Under the pieces are notes generated by a model. The model had not been told where the DNA came from. It saw only the letters and a program-made list of their open reading frames with translations, and made no database searches. From Carcharhinus longimanus (Eukaryota): a stretch of DNA of 64,000 bases. The stretch is taken from NCBI GenBank assembly GCA_030264375.1, contig JASCQW010000162.1, forward strand, positions 96,002,558 through 96,066,557, given 5' to 3'. Numbering within the stretch: position 1 is the stretch's first letter; every line of letters begins with the position of its first letter. The position numbers were made by a program, and so were the translations under genes. Of the stretch, positions 27,791-39,495 are shown in pieces.

Positions 27791-30595
27791 TGTGGAAGGA
27801 CTGGGTTCCCAATAACTAATGAACAAGGTCTTATAACAACAACAATTAAGAACTCTGAGCAGCTCTTACATGTTTCCAGTCTGCCCATGTTCTGGGGAAT
27901 TTGACCCAGGTGTGCTTGGAGAACATTCACCTTGTTGATGAGTCTCAGCATAAGGAGTGCAGTAGAGTAAACTGTAATCTCTAGAACATGCTTGGCTGAG
28001 CACACCGCCTATTCTGCAAGGCCATTGGGTACTGGGGGCTATGTGTGACATGCTCAAAGTCTCATGTGTGTTCAAAGTTCCTGAACTCACTGGAGGAATC
28101 CATCATCATCCTCTGAAGAATGTGGCAAAGTATCTCTTGAGCTTGGCAGATAGTCAAGTTCAAACCACCTGGAACGCAAGGCTAAAACCAAATGTTATTT
28201 ACTATTCCATTCGAAGATGTCAGCTGCTGTAAGGGACCTCATGTAGGGTGGACCTGGTTCTTTGGCTTGATGTGGCTCGAGTGCATTGCATGGTGCATAT
28301 CTGGATACGTGCTTCTCCATGCCTGCATACTTGGAGGCCCAGTATAATGATTCCTTTGCCCTCTATTCGGGTGCCCTTGGAGAGTTGCTGGTATAAAACT
28401 TTTGGAGAGGGAGACGAGGATGACAAATTGCTGGGCATGTAGTATCAGTCTGTCCTGTACAGGTAAGTCATCTTTGATGGTGAAGAATGCGCAGAGCTCA
28501 TGGAAAATCATCCTCATCTGGATATAACGAGTCTCAGCATCAGTGAGGGCACCTGATGAAAAGAGCCATTCTGAATGTAAACTGCACAAAATCCACGCTG
28601 GAAAGCTTCTGCTGATAGGAACAAAGGCATGCAAATGTCAAAGTATTGTAGCACCAAGTGAGGCTGTGTGATGCTCCTGTCAACACCATTCGACATCTTG
28701 GTAGAGGAGCTGACAAAGAGATCCAGTGACTTTAAAGAACTTAAAGATAATTTGTCATACCAAGGAAACACTGCAAAGTGTACTTGTCCACAAGAATGGC
28801 CATCTGTCATATAGTCATTTTCTTGTCTGGATCTGGTTTCACACCATCCGCTGTGAGTATGTGGCCCACATAGGGAACCCGGCTGACCCTAAATCTGCAT
28901 TTAGCAGGGTTAAGCTTGAACTGTGTGGTCCTAATTCTATCCAAGATGAGACAAAGACAGCAGCATTGGCGGCACAGTAGTTGGCACTGTTGCTTCACAG
29001 AGTCAGGGACCCAGGTTCGATTCCCAGTTTGGGCCATAGTCTCCGTGTCAATGTGGGTTTCCTCTGGGTGTTCCGATTTCATCCCACAGTCCAAAAGATG
29101 TGCTGGTTTAGGTGCATTGGCTATGCTAAATTCTCCCTCAGTGTACCCGAACAGGTGCCAGAGTGTGTGGTGACTAAGGAATTTTTACAGTAACATTACA
29201 GTGTTAATGTAAGCCTACTTCTGACTAATAAATACATTTTTTACTGTATTAAAGACGTGCATCATTTTCTTACATTATACAAACTCACAGCAGGGTATCA
29301 TTGGTGATGATCTCACAGGGTTGGGCTGCAAATAGTTGCTTGTGCATTGTTGGAAAAGCTCGATGCCGTTGGAGATGCAGATGAAATGGTATCTGCCTAC
29401 TGCAGACATGAATGTAGTGAGATTTAAGGATCCTTCTTCAAGCCAAATGTGCCAGAACCCACATTTCACACCCTGGATGCTGAAAATCTTCCATTGGGCA
29501 AGTTAGCTATGGCCTATTTAATCGTCTTTACCATCTGAGCAGTGCCTTCGAATGGACTGGGTTGATACAAATCTTGACCACATCATCTTAATTTACTACA
29601 GCCAGTATTGCTGAATTCCAGTCCGTAGCCTCACCTTTGGCAGTTATGACATCTAGTATCATCATCCAGTGCAACTTATTAACTAATTCCTGCTTCTTGG
29701 CTAAGGGTACTCTTCTCAGAGTACAGAGTGATGGTGGCTTAGATCTGCAGCTTTTGGTAAAATGCTTCAATTTGCCATGTTCATTGCAGCATTTACCAAA
29801 CATTCAGTTCTGAAGTTGGTGCAGGATATGCCCTGCACCAGGAAAACTTCTGTTTACTGCCTTAACCCTTTGCTTTTTATTTCTAACTGCACGTTTAACA
29901 TGCAAATGAAAATGCCTGATTGCAATGTTAATTCTTTCATTTGAAAATCTGCGTGCAGACAAGATTACTGTGGATCCCTTCAGACTGCAATCCCTGCATA
30001 ATCCATTAGTAAGGGTGCTAAAAGCACATTATTTTGCAAAGATTTTTAAAAATTGCAGCATAGGGCTGTATCAATTCACCAGATCTTTGGTTTGCACTGC
30101 TAAACACACGCTTATGTAGTATTATATTCCTCACTGGCAAGCACATGTTCTCATACTTTCTTAAACATTATCTGTTTAAGAAAGGGTCTTCTTTTTCCTC
30201 CTACATTTGGAAAACAAAAGACACAAATTTCTAAACAATCTTAAGGCCCACTAAGTTTAGTAAATTGTATGCCTGTACCTTTTTGCATTTATCCGATAAA
30301 CCAGCACTGCATTGCGTGTGCCACTCTTCTTCAAACTTTGCCCAGCTGCCCACAAAATTTTCATTGAACACAAGCAGATCGTTGCAGCAAAGTCCCTGTG
30401 CGATACAGCCAACTCCTGCCACAAGGTAGAACTACTGGGTTTCAATGACTGGCAACCAAGGACTTATAACAACAAGTTTATTAAGTACTCCGAGCAGCTG
30501 TAACATGCTTCCATCTGCCCGCGCTCCAAACACGTCATCACATGACTAAGTGGTCAATAATCCTAGAAACTGATTACGGTAATGCAGGCTTCACA
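27791..30595 (-). mobile_element. Decayed Gypsy LTR retrotransposon (Mag-clade-like) with internal deletions
   Basis: Direct repeats at 27791-27895 and about 30424-30530; PBS-like ttgtggcaggagt; gag WAKFEEEW..AGLSDKCKKVQAY; degenerate CCHC knuckle FGKCCNEHGKLKHFTKSC; RT GFWHIWL..TTF..GRY and KLNPAKCRFRVSRVPYVGHILTADGVKPDPDK. Confidence 0.88.
28956..29240 (+). mobile_element. V-SINE nested in the Gypsy RT
   Basis: Same family as 12776-13055; B box ggttcgattcc. Confidence 0.85.
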
Positions 30596-30954
30596 GGTAT
30601 CTTACATGTTGTAATTTGACTGATAATCCTGTAGCCAGAAGCTTCATGAAATAGGATACAAATACAGTTCACTAGTTTAGCAAAGCAGTCTGTGTGGCAG
30701 TCTGAAAGTTTAGTGTCATCCTTTTCCAATTATGGAGCTCATTCCAAAGTCGTTATTATTTCTGACATCGATTACAATTTTGAGAAATGTTACTACTTTG
30801 AACCTGTGACTGCAAGTAAAGGAGACCTGAAAAATACTGTGTTTGTACTTTCATTTGTTTAATTTTGTGCCACAGTTAACTTTCCTCTCTTCTACAAAGG
30901 CCAGGCCGAGCCACTGCATGACCACCACAGCATCCATCATCAATATGCTGTAGC

Positions 30955-31023
30955 CAGCTGCATCAAGCACGTGTGCCAAGCATGTGAAAACAATGCAATA
31001 TTGACGTCACGCAGCCCAATGAG
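30955..31023 (+). promoter_or_regulatory. Candidate promoter/enhancer: E-boxes, CRE and CCAAT box
   Basis: CAGCTG 30955, CACGTG 30968, CATGTG 30981, TGACGTCA 31002-31009, CCAAT 31016 (gcccaatgag), in non-repetitive sequence. Confidence 0.45.
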
Positions 31024-31799
31024 CTGATGTGACACCTGGATACCAGAACTGATTAATACAGGGCCTGGCAACATCTGTGCCATCCTATTCCTTAAAAAAA
31101 GTATGAAGCAGCAAGATAGGCCAAAATGTAAAGGAGCAGGCACTCTGATTACAAGCACGTAAAATTTATTTTACTTTGCCCATTGGAAAGTGTGTGCAAG
31201 TACTGCTTTCAGAGTTTTTTTTTTAATATATTTGCCCGAGACTACTGTTGGTTTCTCAGTGAGAAAGTCACCTGCGTAGTCAAAGGTTGTAACAGGTAAG
31301 TGCCTTTGGATCCGCAGCAGGGCAGGATGAAGCCAAGAATGCAAAAATGACAAGCTTCACAGTTATGCCCATTGCCAAATTTGAAGCAGACTCCTCCATG
31401 CTCCTTGACAGTCAGCAGGCTGTTTGTCAAGTAACCCATGCACCTAGCATCTCAGTGTGCAGACTGATCAATGTTTTCTGAGGCACTGCTATATAAAGGT
31501 CCTCAGGATACACCGCAACAGTATTTATCTGAGAACTTGACCTCCTGAGAGCAGGCAAATGAAACATGTCTTACTCCTGGCTTGCTGCTGCCGATTTGTG
31601 CCTGGAAGACTAAAGATATGCTGATCCCAACTTCTTACTACTAAATGTGCAGTGCTAGTATCTAAGCTGGTGTCTGTAAGTGTCAGATCAAGTAATGGGA
31701 CTGTGTCATTAGTGCTATGCTATTGCTGTTTTTCCACTTCTGCCTCGAGCTGCTAAGGCTGGGCAAGCAACAGTTCTTAGTATGTGAAAGCAGAAGCTC

Positions 31800-32560
31800 A
31801 GAAGAGGAAATTTTGGGAGGTGTAAGGGGTAGGGGTGTTAAGCAAGAAGCCAATGGTCACACCACCAGCATTTTGCTCATAGTACTTGGTGGCAATATGA
31901 TGACATGCTGGGAGTTGAAAAGGACCCTGAGGCAAGAAGATGCCATCATTCTCAATGTTGGCATCACAATGCAGACAGCCATCTCCTCCACACCTGGTCT
32001 CACCAGTTCTTCTCTGCTACCGTTACCATCTTATCCTGCTAGACAAAGGGTAGAATGCCTCCGATTATGTAACACTGTATTTCAATGATATGCCTGCCAC
32101 AGCTGATTAGCCTAAAGTGTAGGCAGCCAGAGGTAGAAGAGAGGCTGGCAGCACTGTAAGTGCGCCACGGTGAGTTGAAAATATCTGGATGTTAGGCTCA
32201 AGTGCCGCTGGGTGAGTGATGGGACTGTGGTGCAATAAGCAATGTAAAACATTGTGGTGGATAAGGGATGTCATGTGCAGATGCATTCACAGACCTTGAC
32301 GATCAGCAGGAGGTCATTAGACAGCTTGCGGCACTGCAGCCAAGTCCTTGGCTTCAGACAGGAGGAGCTGGTCTTCCTAGTCCCCTGCCCCCATCCCCTC
32401 TGAGAATGGTGTTTGAGGGTCTCCTGTCCCATGCAGAACCATGAAGTATCTCCTCCTGCCTACCTACAGTACTAATGCATCCATCACTCTGGATCCTGCT
32501 GCATGCCCTAGTATTCATTTTATGCGATTTTCCACTTCAGCAATTGTTTAGAGAAACTTG
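31800..32560 (-). mobile_element. Decayed Harbinger transposon, Myb/SANT-like ORF remnant
   Basis: Minus strand at about 32295-32355 reads KPRTWLQCRKLSNDLL, matching the RTWxQCRKKxNDL motif; outer boundaries uncertain. Confidence 0.6.
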
Positions 32561-33599
32561 CCTTTAAGAGGCAATGGGATATGCTGCTTATGGAACTGTT
32601 GTGATTTACATAATTATCAATGAGATTTAAAAGAAAAGCCAGCAATAATTACATTATGTATTATGATTTAAAAGAACCAGTGGATATTACATCTCACCAA
32701 CCTCTACAGAGTACTATATGTATAATATTCCGTTCCTCGGATATATTGATGGGATTAGTTGAAGAGGGGAGAAGGCTCATGTGGAGCATTAACACAGATT
32801 CTGTGATGCAAATGCTTTATTATACAGTAGAATAATGATGATGCGGAGGATAAACTCTTATATGCAGAAATCACCAGAAACAGTGGGATGGCAAGATATA
32901 AAGCCACCAGGAGTAATTCCAATAGTCTTTCTTTTTTAAAAAAAGTTTAATTTCAAACAGTAATCTGCATTGAGCCTGAATAGCATTGAAGTATGATCAC
33001 AAACAAATTCTCAGAAAATTACAATTTTTCAAATTGTAGGAAGATGTCAGCAATTAACTGCAGTACAATATTTTCATTGGTGGAGACGCTGGTCTGTTTG
33101 ATATGCAGTCAAAGGGAGGAATTCCAGCATTGATATCAACCCAGCACTGATATCAACCAAGATTTTCCAGGTACTCCTTTAATGCTGGTTGTCAGAGGAC
33201 ATGAAGGAAATACTAACTGGCAACTATACAAGTTGCTGATTGCTGAATATTGTAGTCAAACAGCATCACTGTGCCTAGCCAATCTGCATACCATGATGCA
33301 AGCCTCTCAGCGTCACTATACGTCTGTTGTAGGCCTGACTGCATAGCATGCAAAATATTTTTAGTGCGCCAAGTCTTTGGGGAGCTTTGCACCTTAAGGC
33401 ATGTGTAGGCGGAGTTCAGAGGAGGATTGAAGACCCTTGTGGCTGTTGACTCCTTACAAATCTCACTAGATTTCCTTGTCCTTTTAAAATGTTATGAAAA
33501 TGACTACAACCGAAGCAATCTTCTTTTCTCAGTTGTGATGCCCTTTAAGTAGCAGATGTCCAATCAAAAGAGATAATTAATGTTCCTATCATTCACGCC

Positions 33600-33708
33600 A
33601 GTGGGATTTTCCCATCCCACTGCAGTGAACGAAGATTTGGCAGGGTGCTAAGTGCTCCGATCTCGCTGCAATGGGAGCACGAGTCAGATGGCCAGTAAGT
33701 TTGTGCCC
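33600..33708. mobile_element. Short MITE-like element
   Basis: gtgggattttcccatc ... gatggccagtaagtttgtgccc imperfect TIRs; resembles 54225-54345. Confidence 0.4.
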
Positions 33709-34099
33709 TTTTAAAGTGTCTGTTCAGATAGGAATGCATGGTTTTGAGCACTTATTAATGGATAACACAACATCTGAGGATTTTTTTAAATTAAAAAAAT
33801 ACATAAGTCATAGCAAAAGTGAAACTAAAATGTCAGCCTGTAAGATTATCAAATTCAAGTTTATTAATCACATAACACTGCAAATAATGTGAGAATCACT
33901 AACATTACCTTTAGCATTCACAGGTTAAAAATAAGTGAGACACTGTTTTCTAAATTATCAAACCGGATTTTCCTTCCAAATCAATATCCAGTGCTATGCA
34001 GTGTGGACATCAGCTAAGAAATGCTGGTTCTACTGAAATGTTCCTTCCCAGTCAAATTGTCTGCAATAATCTTCAGATATATTAAACAAACTTGCAGAC

Positions 34100-34850
34100 C
34101 AAAAGCATCACAGCTAGGTTAATCAAAGACAGCCAGCATTAATCTGTAAAAAGATTGTGCTTGACTAATATAAATGACATATTTGGGAAATAACCGAGGA
34201 GTTACGGAAACAATCGTGGGTGCTATTTGCAGCATTTGAAAAGTTGCCATATCACTGACTTATAATGACAAGTGAAGCACATGGTATTGAAACAAAGAGA
34301 TACAGAGACAGGGAAATGGTTTGATATCAAAAAGGAATCAGTAAGAGTAAATGGATTCTTTAGAGACTACAGGATGTGGGCAGTAGTATGCCCCAGGAAT
34401 ATGCCCTCAGATCTCTTATTTTCTATGCTTACGAATATGTGTACAAGAATGACTTTGAAGTCTGTTAATGCTACTAAATTAAGGACTATTACAACCTGAT
34501 GAAGAATGCAGGAGACTGTGGGGAGACAAGTTGGTTAGCAATGGGGACTGATAGATGGCTGAGGTAGTCCCGTGCAAAGACGTAGAGTCACACGTTTTAG
34601 ATAAAATTACAATGAAAAATATATATTAAACAGTAAGAAGCACAATATTGTAGATGAACAGAAAGTCCCAAGTGCAACAAAAATGGATATTTAAATAAGG
34701 GGAGATGAGAAAGTGTACTAGAAAGCGAATGGATTTCTGAATTCTATTTACAGAGTGCTGAACGTCAAAACAAAATCAAGGAATTGATGGTGAGTTTGTA
34801 TAAGATATTGGTTAGACTACAGTTGGAATATACATGTGGTCTGAACATTG
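34100..34850 (+). mobile_element. Very old CR1 RT fragment
   Basis: Degenerate motifs such as VRVNGFF..VCPR and LYKILVRLQLEY. Confidence 0.6.
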
Positions 34851-35139
34851 CCAGAGCCATTGGCCGCCCAATTGATGCTAGATAACTGTCCAAAGAAATG
34901 AATATGCAGAACATCTGCCTGTTTCCAATGTGAGTCTAATTAAATATGCAAATTTAATTGTCCCACCTTCCCCCCACACACAAACACAGTACCTTACCAG
35001 CAATTTTCAGACACAAATGGGCAGACTATGTATGGTGACACTGTGCCGTTTTTTTGAGAGGTCTAATCAGAATTTCACATGTGAATTATTCAAGATATAT
35101 TGCCCTTCTCAAGTGCAGTGAAGGATGGACTATAAATGT

Positions 35140-35970
35140 TGCTTTGTTTATTTTTCTTTTTGTTAGAATTTTTTATTCCATTCTTAAAGTTACAAACCCA
35201 ATGTTTAGAGTGGACAAGGCAAACCAAAGTCCATTTCTTACTTGCTCCAAATTCAAACTGAATCCAGTTCATGGTCTTCACAAGAGAGACAAACAAGATC
35301 CAAGCTGACACAACAATTAGGGCAGCACGGTGGCACAGTGGTTAGCACTGCCGCCTTACAGCACCAGGGACCTGGATTTGATTCCAGGCTTGGGTGACTG
35401 TACGAAGTCTGCACGTTCTCCCTGCGTCTTGTGGGTTTCCCCCAGGTGCTCTGGTTTTCTCCCACAATCCAAAAGACATGCATTGGCCATATTAAATTCT
35501 TCTGCAGTGTACCTGAACAGCCACCGATATCTGACGACTAGGGAATTTTCACAGTAATTTCATTGCAGTGTTAATGTAAGCCTATTTGAGACAAATAAAC
35601 AAACTTTAAGGCACTGTATACCATTTGGTTTTGATCTGACACCTGATCATAGCCGAAAGGCTGAGAGTTGCTGCTATTTTTTTAAAAAATTATCCAATCA
35701 AAAACCAAATTGTTCCAATCAAAGTCTCTACAAGAGAGACATTACAGGTCAAGCTGACAAAACAGGGCCCATTCTTCCAGTCTTGGGCTCGATCAACAAG
35801 ATTCAAACTGATTGGAGCAGGCATTACACCCCCTCCACTGCTTGATGGGAGCTTCATCTTAGCCAAAAGGCCTAGATGGCATTTTAAAAAATTGCTTCAA
35901 ATGAAGCCTCAGTGTAACCTCAGTGACTTCTATCAAGTATAAGATCAGCAAACTACACTTGATCTTAGCA
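35140..35970 (-). mobile_element. Composite element with three U2-snRNA 5' heads (SINEU-like), interrupted by a V-SINE
   Basis: U2 matches at 35952-35969, 35856-35872 and 35639-35667; two units share the body cagctt..tgtctctcttgt; AATAAA and A-rich end at about 35140-35177. Confidence 0.7.
35320..35607 (+). mobile_element. V-SINE nested in the U2-headed element
   Basis: gggcagcacggtggcacagtggttagc...gtgttaatgtaagcct...aataaac. Confidence 0.88.
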
Positions 35971-36738
35971 GCACTTTTTGGTCTTTTTGCTATGTTGTGC
36001 CATTAAGTGCCCCACATTAAAAACCACTTCTAGATTGACTCCCAGAACCTGTCCCACAATACACTACCCCCTTCAGAGGTTAGATTGGCTTTAAGAATTG
36101 AAAGCTACGTTTAGCTCATGCTGTTTTTTTTCCCTGATCAGGTGTTTAGCTTTTCAACTCCCCAGTTAACACTGATTACAAGCTGAGATAATTTAAATTA
36201 GCAGGCACCACTAAATTTGCATTGTGCCTGCATTGGGAGCAATGTGGGTGCAGTAATCCTGCTTCATGATCCCTGCACCCTTTTCCAGACTCTGCCCAAT
36301 TTTGCCACTAAATCTCTAAAGAGCAAAGCATACTTCTCTCAATCTGTATAATCACTAACAAACTGGCTATCTCTGCACTAGAGGGTGCTATATTTTAAAA
36401 TTCATAATGAAGTGTCAGTGTCACCTTTGTTTCACCTTCAGCAAAATAGAATGTCTGATTTGGGAAACAGTAGCAAATGTAGTAATGTTACTGGATTAAT
36501 CCAGAGGCCTGGACTAATGCTTCATAGATGCAAATTCAAATCCCATCACCTGAGAAATTTAAATTCAATAAATAATTCTGAAATAAACAGCTTGTATCAG
36601 CAATGACAATCATAACATTACCACACTGTCATTAAAATAAATCTAGTTCGCAAGCTTCCTTCAGATAAGGAAATCTGCTACCGTTACCTAGTGCAGCCTG
36701 CATGTGACTCCAAACTCTCAGCCTTGTGGTTGATCCTT

Positions 36739-37056
36739 GTAAGAAGTCTCACAACACCAGGTTAAAAATCCAACAGATTTATTTGGTAGCAAAAGCCACT
36801 AGCTTTCAGGGCGCTGCTCCTTCATCTGGTAAGTGGGATTTCTGTTCACAAACAGGGCATATAAAGTCACAAACTCAAATTGAGTGCATGTCTTTATGTG
36901 CCCTGTTTGTGAACAGAACTCCCAGTTACCTGATGAAGGGGCAGCGCTCCGAAAGCTAATGGCTTTTGCTACCAAATAAATCTGTTGGACTTTAACCTGG
37001 TGTTCTGCGAATTCTTACTGTGTTTACCCCAGTCCAACGCTGGCATCTCCACATCA
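36739..37056 (+). mobile_element. Penelope-type palindromic element with 12-bp TSD
   Basis: Arms 36739-36878 / 36880-37018, unpaired tail to 37056; TSD tggttgatcctt at 36727-36738 and 37057-37068. Confidence 0.88.
36922..36964 (+). ncRNA. Minimal hammerhead-ribozyme-like motif
   Basis: CTGATGA (36930-36936), A, stem GGGGC/GCTCC with AGC loop, GAAA, palindromic AGCT; stem I is weak in this copy. Confidence 0.6.
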
Positions 37057-37507
37057 TGGTTGATCCTTAACCAGCCTCTGAAATGGCCTATCAAACCATT
37101 CTGTTGTATCAAGTCACTACAGGAAAATTGAAGAAGAATAAAACCAGACACACTTCCCGGCATCAGCACAGCACGAGAAGGAAAAACAGTGCACTCTTCC
37201 AAACTGACTTTGCAAGTCTTCCTTACTAAGATCTGGGAACTGGTGCCAAAATTTGGATAGCTGTACCTCAGGTGGGAGGTACAGCCTTGGAAGAAGCACT
37301 GAGTGTAGCAAGTGTACAGATGCTATCTGGGTGGGGGCTTTAATGTCCATGACCTTCAGCCAGTTCAGACTCCTGAGCCAATAAGTCCTAAAGAAAATAT
37401 CTGCCAAAGTGGGCCTCTGGCAGAGGGTGAGAGAACCAATTAAACTTAATGATCCTTACTGTCAATAAACTGTAATATATGCATCCATCCATGACAGTAT
37501 AGGTAGG

Positions 37508-37761
37508 TATAATGATGGCCACAGGAGATAGTTGATGGATCTTCTAGCAGGCCTCACAGGATATGAACTCCCCTGTTAGACAAGTGGAGGCTCGTGCAAT
37601 AGGGAAGGAGGAAGGAATCAGCTGGCTCCATTTAGGTTGGCACTCGAAAGACTTGGAGCTGATCTGTACTTTGTACATTGTGTTCTGAATGCTGTTCAGC
37701 AGCTACAATGTAAATAAAGGGTAGTTGGTGAGAAAAGACTGGCTTCGATAAGATTATTACA
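37508..37761 (+). mobile_element. Solo LTR
   Basis: Termini tataat...attaca, AATAAA near 37713, flanked by gtagg / gtaga; the host LINE is continuous across it. Confidence 0.65.
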
Positions 37762-38929
37762 GTAGAAGTGACCAGTACAACATCCTTGTGGAGATGAGTT
37801 CCACCTACACACTGAGGACATGTGTGTTGTGTAGCACTACCATCATGCTTGATGCAGCAGATTCAGAATAGATCTATGAAATGCGACAGTTCAAAGAGCA
37901 GAATTGTATTTTATCACATTCTGTAACCTCATGGGCCACAACATCACTTATTCTAACATAACTACAAAGCCAGAGACCACACTTGGTTCAATGAGGAACG
38001 CTGGACTACATGCCAGGCGCACCATCGGCATACCTAAAAATGAGGTGTCAGCCGATGAAACTATAACACAGGATGACACGAATGTAAAACAGCAAAAGCA
38101 GCATGCTACAAAGCAGGGCCAAGCAATTACACACCAATCAGATCAATATGATTCAGTGTTTGTATTTCAGATGTTGAACTGGATATTTCAAAAGTCGATT
38201 CTAATCTGAAATAATAGGCCTAATTATAACTGTTTAAAAGACTGGGTTTTCAGCAAGTTAAAAATTGGACTCAACAGATTTAATTTTGAAGCCAAAAGAT
38301 TGATCACCAAAATTTGATTAATTCAAACAGCAAAAGTCAAATGATTGAAACTCAACTCTGCTGGCCAACGCGTTTTGCATATTGCTGGAAGATAAGAAAA
38401 AATGCACCAAGATTGACTAATCAAACTTCAAGTATGTCCTGATAAGGTATTAAGAGGCAACACTGTGACATGACAGGGAATGGCAAAGCAATGAGTCCCC
38501 ATACACTAAGCTATTAATCCGAATAACTCTATTGCGGGCAGAATGCAGGACTGGTACTTCCATACATGGAGGGAGGAAGATTGAAAAAAATAGAGTGCAT
38601 CCTAGCTGAAAGTTGGTAAGCACTAAAGGAGGTCTTTGTAATACTGTCAACGAGTAGTTTTGAGATTGTCACTTCATAAAACATTTATTGCTTGTGTTTG
38701 ACAATATCTGAAACTACTATTATGGATACATCTGACCTAACTTCTGTTTCAGTACATGCATTAATAGGCACATTGGTAAAGATCACGTGATTATTGAACA
38801 GTTCCACAAGCCAAGTTTAATACTGAAGAGCAAATATTTTCCATTACACATGCTAAAAAAGCACCAGGGTAAACTTCCTCAGAATAGGTTACTGTAGATA
38901 GAAGTCTAGAAACAGGTCTGTTGAACGGC

Positions 38930-39495
38930 TAACCAAGATCGCTAAAGAGGGAAGAGAAAACAAAATAACAAGTTAGTGAGAGATAGGTTAAGAATTTTGG
39001 ATGGATGAAATTTACAAAGAATGAGAGGCTGATCTGGGGAGCATTAGAAAAGCTAAGTCTGTGACAAACCTGCAGATAAGGATTGAAGCTGTTGATTGAT
39101 GGAGGTAGGGGCAAAGGGTGAGGAATGTTTTGGAACTACAAGTCAACAGACTTGAGAGAGTAAGCGTTCAGATACCCAGCTCAGGCTCAAATAGTAAACA
39201 ATGTTTCAGAACATTCTAGTTTGAGACATATGGCATCATTGACAATGAATGTGTAATTTCTGGCATGAGCTTGGGGTGATACAGATGATAACAGGTTAGA
39301 AAGCATTGGGGTGGAGGGGATAGGGAGAGGGTGAGGGTAGTGGTTCGGGTCTGGAGCAGTTTACAGATACAGGTAAGAATGAGGCGGGGGGCATTTGTGA
39401 ACAAGGATTAGAAATTTTAAAACCAAGAGTTTGGAGGACCAGCTCGCATAGGTCAGTGAGCAAAGGAATGATGGATGAACAAAACTTGGTACTGC
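38930..39495 (-). mobile_element. Old L2 LINE fragments
   Basis: SIIPLLTDLCELV..LGFKI resembles the L2 motif PITPVLxxLHWLP..FKI. Confidence 0.55.

Larger units (their letters stand above)
36462..38145 (+). mobile_element. Zenon-like LINE 5' part with tRNA-like head, interrupted by a Penelope hairpin and a solo LTR
   Basis: Head collinear with SINEs at 25227 and 59577; continues into VFLTKIWELVPKFG (APE start) and then sequence collinear with 7590-8900 (-). Confidence 0.75.

Noticed and set aside
35952-35969. Functional U2 snRNA gene
   Set aside because: Only short 5' fragments; no Sm site or 3' stem-loops.
37471-37761. LTR starting at tgtaata (37471)
   Set aside because: About 37480-37507 is host LINE sequence; the TSD places the LTR start at 37508.
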